Of a DNA stretch of 64,000 bases, positions 18,339 through 27,629 are shown in pieces. Source of the stretch: Candidatus Iainarchaeum sp. (lineage in GTDB: Archaea; Iainarchaeota; Iainarchaeia; Iainarchaeales; UBA10219); contig JAGVWE010000006.1 of assembly GCA_018304425.1 (NCBI GenBank), positions 3,175 through 67,174 on the forward strand, in the 5' to 3' direction. Below the pieces are notes generated by a model. It was not told the origin of the DNA. It saw nothing but the letters and a program-made list of their open reading frames with translations, and made no database searches. The translations under genes were made by a program, and so were the position numbers. Every line of letters begins with the position of its first letter. Within the stretch, counting starts at the first letter, position 1.

Positions 18339-19619
18339 ATGTCCGCCTTCAACCGGAGGGAATGGCAAGCAATTACGGTAATCCTGGTGCTGGCGCTGAC
18401 TTTACGGGTTTTCACCGCCTGGCCGGACGCCCCCATCCCAAACCAGGCACAGATATTCCGCGGTTTTGACGAGACCTCCGTGTTCGAGTACATCGAGCAC
18501 TTCGTCCTTGAAAAAAGGCAGTTGCTCAACTACCCTTACCTCCAACAACCCCTGGGCCGGTATCACTGGTGGGCGGATGCCGGCCAGCCGCCCCTGTACT
18601 TTTTTCTGATGGCCTTGTTTGCGCAGGCCCTCTGCTGCATGGATGCCAACGGCTGGGTGCTGGCCCTGCACCTCCCAACCCTCGCTTTTTCGGTGCTGAC
18701 CGTATTCCTGGTCATGCACATCGCCAGACAGGTGTTCCCGAAACCCGGGTGGCTGGCGCTTGCGGCCGGCCTGTATGCGGCCCTGCAACCGACAAGGATA
18801 TTCTTGACCTCCAACCTCCACAACATTGGGCTGGCCTACTTCCTGGTAACGGTCTTCGTTTACTTCCTCGTCAAAAGACAAAAGCCCTTGACGCCCAGGG
18901 ACTTGTTCATCACCGGCCTCCTCATGGGCCTAGGAATCTGGACCCGCTACACGACGCTGGTAACGGTGCCATTTGCCGCCCTGTGGTTCTACCTCAACCG
19001 GCAAAGGCTGGGAAACTGGAAGAGAAACCTGGCACTGGCCTTGGGCGTGGCGTTGGTGGTGGCGTTGCCGCATTTCCTTTCCAACCTGGCGGTGTATGGC
19101 AAGCCGCTGTCCGCAGGCACGGCCGTTGCATTGACCGACTACCAGAAGCCTTCGCCTGGCTTGCCTACCTTGGAGGAATTTAAAACCATTCTCCCCGCCT
19201 TTTTCACGAGTTTCTGGTACCATAATCACCCCGCCACCGCCCTGTCCGAATACCCGGTGTATGCGGGGCTGCTGGTGTTTACCCTGCTTGCCCTTGCCGG
19301 CCTGGCCAAATACGTCCAGGAGCGGAAGGCCCTGGGGGCCCTGCCGTGGAACTTCTTCGTCAGCAGCCTGGCCATGTGCGGCGCCATCTTGTTGGTGTTG
19401 TTTCATGCGCTGATGACGACCTACTTCAACGCCGAAGGCCGGAGGCTGCTCAACGCCGTGCCCTCCGTAAGCATCTTCTTTCCCCTGGGGTTGTACTGGC
19501 TCGGCAAGGAGAAAAAGGTGGCTGGCTGGGACCTGGGGCTGCTGCTGGTGGCGGGATTGCTGCTGGTCATGGCCTACTTCAACTGGCAGACGTTTTTCGA
19601 CCCGGGCTTCGTCAAATAG
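18339..19619 (+). CDS. Polytopic membrane protein, probable GT-C-fold glycosyltransferase (ArnT/PMT-like)
   Basis: 10+ predicted TM helices. The first loop carries an FDETSVFEY acidic (DE) motif. Divergently paired with a Cys-rich protein gene. Confidence 0.5.
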   Translation: MSAFNRREWQAITVILVLALTLRVFTAWPDAPIPNQAQIFRGFDETSVFEYIEHFVLEKRQLLNYPYLQQPLGRYHWWADAGQPPLYFFLMALFAQALCCMDANGWVLALHLPTLAFSVLTVFLVMHIARQVFPKPGWLALAAGLYAALQPTRIFLTSNLHNIGLAYFLVTVFVYFLVKRQKPLTPRDLFITGLLMGLGIWTRYTTLVTVPFAALWFYLNRQRLGNWKRNLALALGVALVVALPHFLSNLAVYGKPLSAGTAVALTDYQKPSPGLPTLEEFKTILPAFFTSFWYHNHPATALSEYPVYAGLLVFTLLALAGLAKYVQERKALGALPWNFFVSSLAMCGAILLVLFHALMTTYFNAEGRRLLNAVPSVSIFFPLGLYWLGKEKKVAGWDLGLLLVAGLLLVMAYFNWQTFFDPGFVK

Positions 19620-19623
19620 GTTT

Positions 19624-19689
19624 GACGGGGGCCAGCGCGTGAAGGAACTGGTGGCGGTTTACGAGCAGGCTGCCCACCGCATTAGTTAG
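19624..19689 (+). pseudogene. Remnant of the 3' end of a GT4 gene (21 codons plus stop)
   Basis: A 22/22-nt identity (ggggccagcgcgtgaaggaact) and about 70% identity over 66 nt to the 3' end of GT4 gene 8431..9534 (9475..9534). Translates in frame as DGGQRVKELVAVYEQAAHRIS* versus DWGQRVKELEAVYQQAVKR*. Confidence 0.5.
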
Positions 19690-19704
19690 ACGGAAACGTA
19701 TAAC

Positions 19705-19712
19705 TTTAAATA
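19705..19712 (+). promoter_or_regulatory. Archaeal-type TATA box (tttaaata)
   Basis: Lies about 30 nt upstream of ATG 19742 and would give a near-leaderless transcript. Confidence 0.4.
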
Positions 19713-19741
19713 GGGCTTTGTGCATAGTATATAGGGCTTAC

Positions 19742-19948
19742 ATGGTATCCGTTGAAGTCACCGTGAAAAAGTGGGGGAACTCCCTTGGACTCATAATCCC
19801 CAGGGAAGCCTCTAAAAAGCTTGAATTGCGGGAAGGCAAGCGTGTGCGGGTCGAGTTGACGAGCGCTAAATTCGTGGATGCGTTCGGGTTATGCCGGGGA
19901 CTCAAGCCCTTCAAAAAAGAGGAATTGATAAGGGAACCCTATAGGTGA
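19742..19948 (+). CDS. AbrB/MazE (SpoVT-AbrB) family antitoxin-like protein
   Basis: MVSVEVTVKKWGNSLGLIIPRE is the swapped-hairpin signature. 68 aa from the ATG. The track ORF starts at TTG 19718. Confidence 0.7.
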   Translation: MVSVEVTVKKWGNSLGLIIPREASKKLELREGKRVRVELTSAKFVDAFGLCRGLKPFKKEELIREPYR

Positions 19949-19949
19949 G

Positions 19950-20336
19950 AAGCTGGATTACGTCATAGATACGAGCGCGTGGGTAGAATATCTGCTTGGT
20001 ACTTCGCGGGGGGGAAAAGTCAAGCACCTCTTGGAAACGCCAGGCAACCGATTTTTCACAATGGATTGCTGTGTGGCGGAAGTCTATGCATGGGCTAAAC
20101 GCCAAGGGGCTGATTTTGGAGAATTGCTGCGTGCCATTAAGTCGGATAGCTCAATCATTCAAGCAGATTTAAATGATTGGATTGAGGCAGCCGACCTCCG
20201 GGACGAGTTGCGGAAGGGAGGCGGAAAAACCAGCCTGATGGATGCAGTCCAAGTAATCATGGCAAGGCGATTAGGGGCCCGGAACCTCTCCGCCGACTAC
20301 GACTTCAAGCAAGTCAAGAAAGCCAAACTCATTTAA
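19950..20336 (+). CDS. PIN-domain VapC-like toxin; start codon uncertain or absent
   Basis: In-frame upstream of track ORF 20031..20336 lies KLDYVIDTSAWVEYL, the PIN N-terminal Asp motif, but with no canonical in-frame start. The only GTG (19945) is out of frame. The first in-frame start (TTG 20031) would delete the catalytic N-terminus. Confidence 0.5.
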   Translation, partial: KLDYVIDTSAWVEYLLGTSRGGKVKHLLETPGNRFFTMDCCVAEVYAWAKRQGADFGELLRAIKSDSSIIQADLNDWIEAADLRDELRKGGGKTSLMDAVQVIMARRLGARNLSADYDFKQVKKAKLI

Positions 20337-20401
20337 CCTCGATGTGGCACCGGAAATGAGGCCTCGAAGCGTTTTTATTGGGTTCCTGCCCAATTGATTG
20401 C

Positions 20402-21022
20402 ATGGAGTTCGAGTTCAAGGGCAACCGGTTGAAGTTCGACAAGGAACTGTCCAACCTTGACAAGCTGGTCTTAAAGTTCGTGAAGGTGCTGGACGCCCAG
20501 CACGTGGACTACGTCATCATCTCCGGCTACATCGCTATACTGTTCGGCCGCAGCCGCAACACGGAAGACGTGGACTTGTTCGTAGAGGAGATGCCCAAGG
20601 AACAATTCATCCTGTTGTGGAATGCCTTGGGCGAGGCCGGTTTCGAGTGCATCAACGCTGGGGCTGCTGAGAGCGCTTATGAGGAGTACCTAAAAGACCA
20701 GCTCGCCATCCGGTTCGCGGTCCTGGGGACGATCGAGCCTAATTTCGAACTTAAATTCCCGAAAACCAAGTATAACCGCTATTCGCTGAAAAACAAGCTT
20801 TTTGTCGAACTGAATGGTGAAGAATTGCGCACTTCGGAACTGGAGCTGCAAATCGCGTTCAAGCTCTATCTGGGAGCGGACAAGGATTTGGAGGATGCAC
20901 GGCATCTTTACAAGGTCTTTAAAGAACATCTAAACATAGGTTTAATGCAGGCCCACATCCAGGCGTTGGGCGTGGCAAAGCAAGCCGAGCGGATATTATG
21001 GAAAGACAAATACCAAAGCTGA
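20402..21022 (+). CDS. Minimal nucleotidyltransferase-fold protein (paralog of 23377..24018)
   Basis: YVIISGYIAILFGRSRNTEDVDLFV matches the GS...DxD NTase motif. About 206 aa from the internal Met. Confidence 0.5.
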   Translation: MEFEFKGNRLKFDKELSNLDKLVLKFVKVLDAQHVDYVIISGYIAILFGRSRNTEDVDLFVEEMPKEQFILLWNALGEAGFECINAGAAESAYEEYLKDQLAIRFAVLGTIEPNFELKFPKTKYNRYSLKNKLFVELNGEELRTSELELQIAFKLYLGADKDLEDARHLYKVFKEHLNIGLMQAHIQALGVAKQAERILWKDKYQS

Positions 21023-21219
21023 CCCCGAAGGACCGCCTGGAGATGGCGAAAGAGAAGCAGCGCAACATGCGACAGCGGATGGAATTCGTCGACCTGCACG
21101 CGGAATGGCTCCGGAAGACCCCCAACAAGGTGTGGAGCAAACAGCAGAAGGTCCTGCTGGACCCGTGAAAGCCGCTTTGCGAAGATTTTAAACGCTTTCC
21201 AAGGTAAATTCATTGCTGA

Positions 21220-22119
21220 TTGGAGGATTGGAACGTGAAGAAACCGTTGAAGGGAACCTGGAAGTTGAAGGAGGGCCTGGCCCAGATGCTGAAGGGCGGC
21301 ACCATCATGGACGTCGTGAACGCCGAGCAGGCGCGCATCGCCGAGAAGGCGGGAGCCTGCGCGGTCATGGCGCTTGAAAGGGTTCCGGCAGACATTCGCG
21401 CGGCCGGCGGGGTGGCGCGGATGGCCGACCCCAAGAAAATCAGGGAAATCATCCAGGCCGTGAGCATCCCAGTCATGGCCAAGTGCCGGATCGGGCATTT
21501 CGTCGAGGCCCAGGTGTTGCAGGAACTCGGCGTTGACTTCATCGACGAGTCGGAAGTGCTGACGCCGGCCGACGAGGCCCATCACGTGGACAAAAAGCGG
21601 TTTACCGTGCCCTTTGTCTGCGGGGCCCGAAATCTGGGGGAAGCCCTGCGGCGCATGAACGAGGGCGCGGCCATGATTCGAAGCAAGGGCGAGGCCGGCA
21701 CCGGCAACGTCGTGGAAGCGGTGCGGCACGTGCGCGCGATCAACGAGCAGGTTGACTTGTTGAAGCACATGGGCCTGCACCAGTTGGAAGAGCTGGCGCG
21801 GAATTACCGGGTGCCCCTGGAACTGGTGGAAAGGACGCGGGAAGCCGGGAGGCTGCTGGTCGTGAACTTTGCGGCCGGAGGCATCGCGACTCCCTCGGAT
21901 GCCGCGTTGATGATGCAACTGGGGTGCGACGGAGTTTTCGTGGGTTCGGGGATTTTCAAGGCCAAAAACCCCCAGAAGATGGCGAAGGCCATCGTGCTGG
22001 CAGTAACCCACTACAAGGACGCCAAGGTCTTGGCGAGGGTCTCCGAGGGCTTGGGCGAGGCCATGAAGGGCCAGGAGATTTCCAAGCTCGATGTGCGGCT
22101 GCAGGAACGAGGCTGGTAG
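21220..22119 (+). CDS. pdxS: Pyridoxal 5'-phosphate synthase, synthase subunit
   Basis: LKGGTIMDV and [23 protein letters not shown] are canonical PdxS/SNZ motifs. 299 aa. Confidence 0.95.
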   Translation: MEDWNVKKPLKGTWKLKEGLAQMLKGGTIMDVVNAEQARIAEKAGACAVMALERVPADIRAAGGVARMADPKKIREIIQAVSIPVMAKCRIGHFVEAQVLQELGVDFIDESEVLTPADEAHHVDKKRFTVPFVCGARNLGEALRRMNEGAAMIRSKGEAGTGNVVEAVRHVRAINEQVDLLKHMGLHQLEELARNYRVPLELVERTREAGRLLVVNFAAGGIATPSDAALMMQLGCDGVFVGSGIFKAKNPQKMAKAIVLAVTHYKDAKVLARVSEGLGEAMKGQEISKLDVRLQERGW

Positions 22120-22120
22120 C

Positions 22121-22711
22121 GTGAAGCGCGTCGGCGTGCTGGCGCTCCAGGGCGATTTCTTTGAGCACCTGCAAACCCTGAAGAAGCTGGGCGTCGAAGC
22201 CGCCGAGGTGCGGAACCAGGAGGACCTGGCGCAGGTGCAGGGCCTGGTCATTCCGGGCGGGGAGAGCACGACCATGTCCCAGTTGCTGGCCGAAACCGGG
22301 CTGGACCAGGCCATTCGCGCGCGCGCCAAGCAGGGCATGGCCGTGTACGGCACCTGTGCAGGCGCCATCTTGTTGGCGAAAAAGGTGTTGAACGACGGCG
22401 GGGTCAAGGGCCTGGGGCTCATGGACATTTCCGTGGAGCGGAACGCCTACGGCCGGCAAGTGGACTCCTTTGAAGCGGAACTGGAAGCCAACGGCCTGGG
22501 CAAGCTGAAGGGGGTTTTCATCCGCGCGCCGGTCATCCAGTCGGTGGGCAGGGGCGTGGAAGTGCTGGCCTCCCTGGACGGGAAGCCGGTGCTGGTGCGG
22601 CAGGGAAATTTGCTGGCGGGAACGTTCCACCCGGAAATTGAGGGCGAGGCCCGCGTGCACCAGTGGTTCGTTGAACGGTTAAAAGCTGAATCAACCAAAC
22701 ATAGGTTTTAA
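22121..22711 (+). CDS. pdxT: Pyridoxal 5'-phosphate synthase, glutaminase subunit
   Basis: GTG start immediately after the pdxS stop. VKRVGVLALQGDF ... GTCAG (catalytic Cys) ... FHPE matches class I glutamine amidotransferase. The track ORF starts at 22091. Confidence 0.9.
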   Translation: MKRVGVLALQGDFFEHLQTLKKLGVEAAEVRNQEDLAQVQGLVIPGGESTTMSQLLAETGLDQAIRARAKQGMAVYGTCAGAILLAKKVLNDGGVKGLGLMDISVERNAYGRQVDSFEAELEANGLGKLKGVFIRAPVIQSVGRGVEVLASLDGKPVLVRQGNLLAGTFHPEIEGEARVHQWFVERLKAESTKHRF

Positions 22712-22766
22712 CCTAATTGGGGGGAATCCACGCCCCCACGCAAGTTTCGAATTCTATCGAAACATA

Positions 22767-22774
22767 TTTAAATA
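22767..22774 (+). promoter_or_regulatory. Archaeal-type TATA box (tttaaata), about 26 nt upstream of ATG 22796 (leaderless)
   Basis: Seen directly in the sequence. Spacing to the ATG is typical of leaderless archaeal mRNAs. Confidence 0.4.
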
Positions 22775-22795
22775 TGGTGAGATACAAATAGAAAC

Positions 22796-23380
22796 ATGTT
22801 GGAGCGTGACTTGGTTTACCTGGAACTGCTTTCCCAGCCGAGGGGCACGAGACTGACTCAGTTGGGGCTCTCCAAGGCATTGGGGGTTTCGCTGAGCACG
22901 GTGAACAACGCCTTGAAGCCGTTGCGCAAGATGGGGGCCGTGACCATCCGGCCGCGCAGCCTGGAAGTCAGCGACTCCGAGCGCGTGCTCCTCCACTTCG
23001 GCTCCTGCAGGGACCCTGCCAAAGACCTCCGGTACCAGACCCGCGTAGAAGCAGGGCCCATGGAAACCGAACGCTCGATGCCTTCTGGCGTCGCATTCAC
23101 GGCTTACTCGGGTTACCGGCTGCGATTCAGGGAAGCGCCGGCCGACTATGGAGAGGTCCTGGTTTATGCAGACGAGAAAACGTTGGAGGAAATCAGGCGC
23201 CGGTTCCCGGAAAAGAGGGGGCCGCCAAATGTCTTCGCTTTCTTGGCAGACAAACGCCTCCTGGCACGGTGCACGGATAGCGTCGTGCCGGACGCGTTGC
23301 TGTTCGCGGACCTCTGGAACCAGCGGGAATGGTATGCCCGTGAATTCCTGAACGCGCTCAAAAAGAGGCTGGCACCGTGA
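22796..23380 (+). CDS. Winged-helix DNA-binding regulator-like protein
   Basis: LTQLGLSKALGVSLSTVNNALKPL is an HTH segment near the N-terminus. 194 aa. Its stop overlaps the start of the downstream NTase gene (ATGA-type). Confidence 0.6.
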   Translation: MLERDLVYLELLSQPRGTRLTQLGLSKALGVSLSTVNNALKPLRKMGAVTIRPRSLEVSDSERVLLHFGSCRDPAKDLRYQTRVEAGPMETERSMPSGVAFTAYSGYRLRFREAPADYGEVLVYADEKTLEEIRRRFPEKRGPPNVFAFLADKRLLARCTDSVVPDALLFADLWNQREWYAREFLNALKKRLAP

Positions 23381-24018
23381 AAGAGTTTTGGCCAGAAATC
23401 GTCACGAAGGCAAGCTGGGAGGAACTCCAGCGCCTGGCGAAGGAAATGGACTTCGTGCTCATTGGCGGCTGGGCTGCCTACTTGTGGACGGACCAACACA
23501 AGTCCAGGGACATCGACCTCATCGTAAGCCATGAAATGCTTGCCCGCCTCAAGGAGCGATATGAGTTGGTGAAAAACGCGCGCCTCAAGAAATACGAGAT
23601 AAAGCGCGGCGAATTCGATGTCGATGTGTACGTGCCCTTCTTCTCCCCCCTCGTGGTTCCCCCCGAAGACATTCTGGCGCGGCACCATACGCGCATCCGG
23701 GGCATCCAAGTCGTTTCCCTGGAAGCCCTCCTGGTCCTCAAGCAGGCCGCTTACCTCGACCGCCGGGGCAGCATCAAGGGAAAAAAGGACGAAATCGACC
23801 TCTTGACGCTCCTCTTATATGCTTCGCCTGATTGGACGCGTTACCTGGGCCTCCTCAAAGAATATGGCAAGCAGTCCTACGCGGAAAGCCTCCTCCAAAC
23901 CGTCAGGGAAGCCCATGCCGAGGACTTGGACTACTTGGGAATCCCGTTCAAGGACTTCAAGGCATGGCAGAAAAGGACGGTCAAGGAGTTGGCTGCCCGG
24001 TTCTCGCGACGCGGCTGA
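23377..24018 (+). CDS. Minimal nucleotidyltransferase-fold protein (paralog of 20402..21022)
   Basis: FVLIGGWAAYLWTDQHKSRDIDLIV is a GG...DxD NTase motif. 213 aa. Translationally coupled to the upstream wHTH gene. Confidence 0.5.
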   Translation: MKEFWPEIVTKASWEELQRLAKEMDFVLIGGWAAYLWTDQHKSRDIDLIVSHEMLARLKERYELVKNARLKKYEIKRGEFDVDVYVPFFSPLVVPPEDILARHHTRIRGIQVVSLEALLVLKQAAYLDRRGSIKGKKDEIDLLTLLLYASPDWTRYLGLLKEYGKQSYAESLLQTVREAHAEDLDYLGIPFKDFKAWQKRTVKELAARFSRRG

Positions 24019-24037
24019 TGCGTCCATTCTTTGCAGT

Positions 24038-24868
24038 TCACTTTGAGCAGGCCGCATAGCCCGGCAGTCTCGTCACTTCTTCCATGGCCTTGACGGGTTC
24101 CACCGTGAACGCCCCGCCGAAGTCGTGCTTGCAGTAGCTGTGACAGGTTTCCGGGAACTGGCAGGAGTCGGTGGAGGCTGGGAGGCCGTCCTCGCATGGC
24201 GCGTTCGAACGGCACCGCACGAAGCAGGTGAGTTGCCATTCCGGCACGCCCAGGGGGGTCTTGCAGGGCTTGAAACCGGCAGGCCGTTCCTTCATCCGTC
24301 CTTCGAGGTAGTAGGTTTTGCCGGCTTCGAGGGAAAGCGGTTGCCCGGCCGGGGTCTGGAAGTGGTTTTGGTCCTGGGCGTAGGAGCCGAGCAGGCGATG
24401 GGCTTCGTCCGCAAGGGAGAAGTCATACCAGCCGGCGAGGCTCCAGAAGCGGCTGGCCTGGCCTTTTTGGTAGACGCCTTTGACGAGGGGCTCGGAGGGG
24501 ATACCCGTTTTCCGGGGTTGGAAGCGGAGGGAGTACTCTTTTTCGAAGTTCATGGTTTCGTTGCAGGCTTCACCGGTTTCGATGGGAAGGGTTAAGGCGA
24601 GGGCTTGGAAGGAGGCATCGTTGAGGCCTGGGCAGGCGGGGTTGCCGGAGAGGCCTTGGAGGGAGTCAGAGAAGTGCAGGGGCTTGTCGAGGGAGTAGAG
24701 GAACCAGGCGTGGGAGGCCAGGGCGGCCAGCAAGAGGAGGGGAACCGCGAGGGCCAGGGCTTTGAGGAACCTTCGGCGGTTTTGGTGGATTAAGTCGAGG
24801 GGAATCGTGAGCACGGCGAACAGCAAGGCGTAGACGAGGAGGGTTTTGAGGAGTTCGGGGAGCGGCAT
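24038..24868 (-). CDS. Two-TM-anchored extracytoplasmic Cys-knot protein (paralog 1)
   Basis: Trimmed to Met-68 of track ORF 24038..25069, because the upstream part overlaps the GT-C gene out of frame. Two N-terminal TM helices. C-terminal LTCFVRCRSNAPCEDGLPASTDSCQFPETCHSYCKHD. Confidence 0.55.
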   Translation of the reverse strand: MPLPELLKTLLVYALLFAVLTIPLDLIHQNRRRFLKALALAVPLLLLAALASHAWFLYSLDKPLHFSDSLQGLSGNPACPGLNDASFQALALTLPIETGEACNETMNFEKEYSLRFQPRKTGIPSEPLVKGVYQKGQASRFWSLAGWYDFSLADEAHRLLGSYAQDQNHFQTPAGQPLSLEAGKTYYLEGRMKERPAGFKPCKTPLGVPEWQLTCFVRCRSNAPCEDGLPASTDSCQFPETCHSYCKHDFGGAFTVEPVKAMEEVTRLPGYAACSK

Positions 24869-24869
24869 G

Positions 24870-26552
24870 TCAGTTGCCTCCCGTTGGCTGGATGAATTCG
24901 TAGAGCGAGGCGTCCAAGCCCAAGTCCGTGTAGGACGCGCGCAGCTGGAACGACGCGGGGTTGGAGCGCGCATAGTCGCGGATGGCCGTGACCTCGTTCC
25001 AGGAACCATTGTAGGCGAGGACGTAGAGGGGCTTTCCCTCCAAGCGGTCCAAGTGCTTGACAAAGTCATCCAGGGGATAGGCCTTCACTTTTAGGGCGTG
25101 TTTCCGGTCGTAGGGCAGCAGGTAGGCGCCGAAGGAGGGCGCGTTGAAGTTGTCGCTGGTGGTGCCGAACACGATTTCGCTGCCGGGGGGGAGGTCGCGG
25201 GCGAGTTGCCGGGCAATGGAGTCCAGGGCCAGGTACTCCTTTTCATGGTCGATGAATGAACCCACCGTCCGGTTTTCGGGCCAGGGCAGGAACTGGAAGA
25301 CGTCAGGGAAAGCCGTGGAAAGCGTGAGCAACAGGACGAGGGCAAGCAGGAAGAGGTTCCGGTTCCCTGGATTCAGCCCCATTTTTTGGAGTCGCTTCAC
25401 GAGCCATTCGAACATCACGCCAGCCGAAATGGTGAGCAAGGCCAGGATGGAGAAAATGAACCGGATTTCCTTGTTGCGGACGAGCAGGAACGGAACGAAC
25501 AAGGCAAGCAACGCGAAGAGGAGGAACAGCCATCGCCGGGTCATCCTTTTCTCCCCTCCCATCAGATAGCGTCTGCGAATCAACAGCAGGCCCCCCAGGC
25601 TGAGCAGGAAAAGCGGGAGATTGAAGGAATTCAGGATGACGGAGGGATAGATTTCCCAGGCTTCCAGCCGGGTAATCGGCGGGTTGTAGTCCGTGTTGTA
25701 CGTGCCGCTTCGGAAGGTGAGCTGGTCCAGCACGGAATGCACGAGGAAGTCTCGTTGGGGCTCCGTGAGGGCGCCTGACGTGGCAAAGACGAGGAGGGCG
25801 GCAACGTACAAGAGGAAGGCGCAGAGGCCGGCCAGGGGCAAAAAGAATCTTTTGCGCTGGCGTCCGTCAAAGCCGCTGGACAGCAGGAGATAGCCGTATG
25901 CAACCGGAAAAAACAGCAACCCGATGTACTTGGTAGTGGAGGCGAGGAACGCGAGCACGGTGCAGGCCAGCAGGTTTTTGTCGAATTTCTTGCCGAACAG
26001 GGAAATGCGTTGATTGCATTTATGGGCTTTGAGGAAATAATAGAAGGCTGCCACCATGAAAAAGGCTACGGGCACATCCAATAGGGCTTTGCTGCCCACA
26101 ATCAAATAGGCTGGGACGAGGGACAAGAATACCGCGGCCGCAATTCCAACGGTTCGGTTGAAGAGCACCCAGCCCAGCTTGAAGACATAGTAGAGGAAGG
26201 CCACCGTGAAAAGGGCGGCCAACAACCGGACCGTGAAAAGGCTGGGGCCCAGTAACAAAAACGCGAGTGCGGAAATAAGGGGGTGCGCAAGGGGATAACT
26301 GAAGGCAGGCGCGATGTTTGGATAAGCGGCAAGGAATGCCGTGAAATAGTTGCCGAACCAGGAAGGCGAAAGGCTTTGCGGCAACTGGTGGAAGGCGTCC
26401 CGCGCGAGGTCGCTGAAGTAGAAGCCGGCCAGGGTGTGCGTGCCCTCATCCCAGGTCAGGGGAATGTTCAACCCCACGTACAACGAGAGCAGGGCGTAGC
26501 CGAGCAGGTAGAACTTGAACCAGTGCACGGGGTTTTTGGTCAAGGAAAGCAC
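24870..26552 (-). CDS. GT-C-fold membrane glycosyltransferase, PMT/ArnT (GT39/GT83-like) family
   Basis: TWDEGTHTLAGFYF is the DE motif in the first extracytoplasmic loop. About 11 TM helices plus a C-terminal soluble domain. Clearly homologous to 43018..44691. Confidence 0.7.
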   Translation of the reverse strand: MLSLTKNPVHWFKFYLLGYALLSLYVGLNIPLTWDEGTHTLAGFYFSDLARDAFHQLPQSLSPSWFGNYFTAFLAAYPNIAPAFSYPLAHPLISALAFLLLGPSLFTVRLLAALFTVAFLYYVFKLGWVLFNRTVGIAAAVFLSLVPAYLIVGSKALLDVPVAFFMVAAFYYFLKAHKCNQRISLFGKKFDKNLLACTVLAFLASTTKYIGLLFFPVAYGYLLLSSGFDGRQRKRFFLPLAGLCAFLLYVAALLVFATSGALTEPQRDFLVHSVLDQLTFRSGTYNTDYNPPITRLEAWEIYPSVILNSFNLPLFLLSLGGLLLIRRRYLMGGEKRMTRRWLFLLFALLALFVPFLLVRNKEIRFIFSILALLTISAGVMFEWLVKRLQKMGLNPGNRNLFLLALVLLLTLSTAFPDVFQFLPWPENRTVGSFIDHEKEYLALDSIARQLARDLPPGSEIVFGTTSDNFNAPSFGAYLLPYDRKHALKVKAYPLDDFVKHLDRLEGKPLYVLAYNGSWNEVTAIRDYARSNPASFQLRASYTDLGLDASLYEFIQPTGGN

Positions 26553-27403
26553 TCCCGGTATTCGGGTGAGGCTTTGACGAGGGCTTCGGCTTGGGCTGGT
26601 CTCGTGGTGAACTTCGTGCCGGTATCGTTTTTGCAGTAGGAGTGGCAGGTGCCAGGATAGATGCAGGTATCCGTGGTGTACGGGTTGTCGTCATAGCAGT
26701 CCGGGGCCTGGCCGCAGAAAACAGCGCAGCCCAGGACCATCACGGGCTGGTTGTCTTGTCGGGGGCAGACTTTTACGCCGGAAGGCCTTTCAAGCATTTG
26801 CAGGGCAAGGGTGTAGGTCTCGTCTTTGGAGAGGAACACCGCATCCAAATTCTTTGCAGGGGATTCAAAGTAGCCGAGGCCATGGTTGAAGGTGCCCAAG
26901 AGGGTGCCGCTTGAATCGTAGAGGCGCGCGTCATAGGCGTAGCGGAGGCCGAACGCTTTTGCTTCCTGTCCACGCTGATAGGCTGCGATGGTGGCTGGCT
27001 CGCCGGCAAAACCGCTTCGGGCGATGCGGAGGGCAAACGAATAGGTTTTTTCGAAGTGGGCCAGGGCATCACAGTCGGTGCCGGTGCTTAGGCCCTGGGT
27101 GAGACCAAGCTGACCCTGGGGCATGCCTTTGGGGGATGGTTCAAGGGAGGGACAAAAGCCGGGCAAACCGGCCAGCGTATACAGGGGGTCCGGGTACTGC
27201 CGGAGCTTGACCGCATTCGCGTACAACCCCAGCAGCATAACCACCACGAGGAGAACGGCTGGCAGCCCGTATAAGAGGAGTTTGGGGCGCAGCCTTCGAT
27301 GTCTTTGGGCGAGAAAAAACATCGGTAAAAGGACTGCCAGCAAGAGGGCCACGAAAAGCAGTAACTCGATCAAGCAACCACGTGAAACGACAAACTGCAG
27401 CAC
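26540..27403 (-). CDS. Two-TM-anchored extracytoplasmic Cys-knot protein (paralog 2)
   Basis: Collinear with paralog 1: HFEKTYSFALRI, YQRGQEAKAFGLRY and LGCAVFCGQAPDCYDDNPYTTDTCIYPGTCHSYCKND. Confidence 0.55.
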   Translation of the reverse strand: MLQFVVSRGCLIELLLFVALLLAVLLPMFFLAQRHRRLRPKLLLYGLPAVLLVVVMLLGLYANAVKLRQYPDPLYTLAGLPGFCPSLEPSPKGMPQGQLGLTQGLSTGTDCDALAHFEKTYSFALRIARSGFAGEPATIAAYQRGQEAKAFGLRYAYDARLYDSSGTLLGTFNHGLGYFESPAKNLDAVFLSKDETYTLALQMLERPSGVKVCPRQDNQPVMVLGCAVFCGQAPDCYDDNPYTTDTCIYPGTCHSYCKNDTGTKFTTRPAQAEALVKASPEYRECFP

Positions 27404-27629
27404 ATAAAGCCGGAAACTGTTTTAAAGGATTTGGTGGCTTTATCCGTCGTGAAAGCGCATCAGATCGTGTTGGTCTTGGCCGCCTTCCTCCTCTTGGCTT
27501 ATGCCCATTTCGTTTTGACGCCAACGGAGCCAGGAGCCTCCTACAAGGCGGTTTCCTTGAACCCCAAGAAAACCACGTTGGAGCGTTGCCAGGGCCCGGG
27601 CCCCGAGTGCAACCTCGTGGAAGTCGAAG

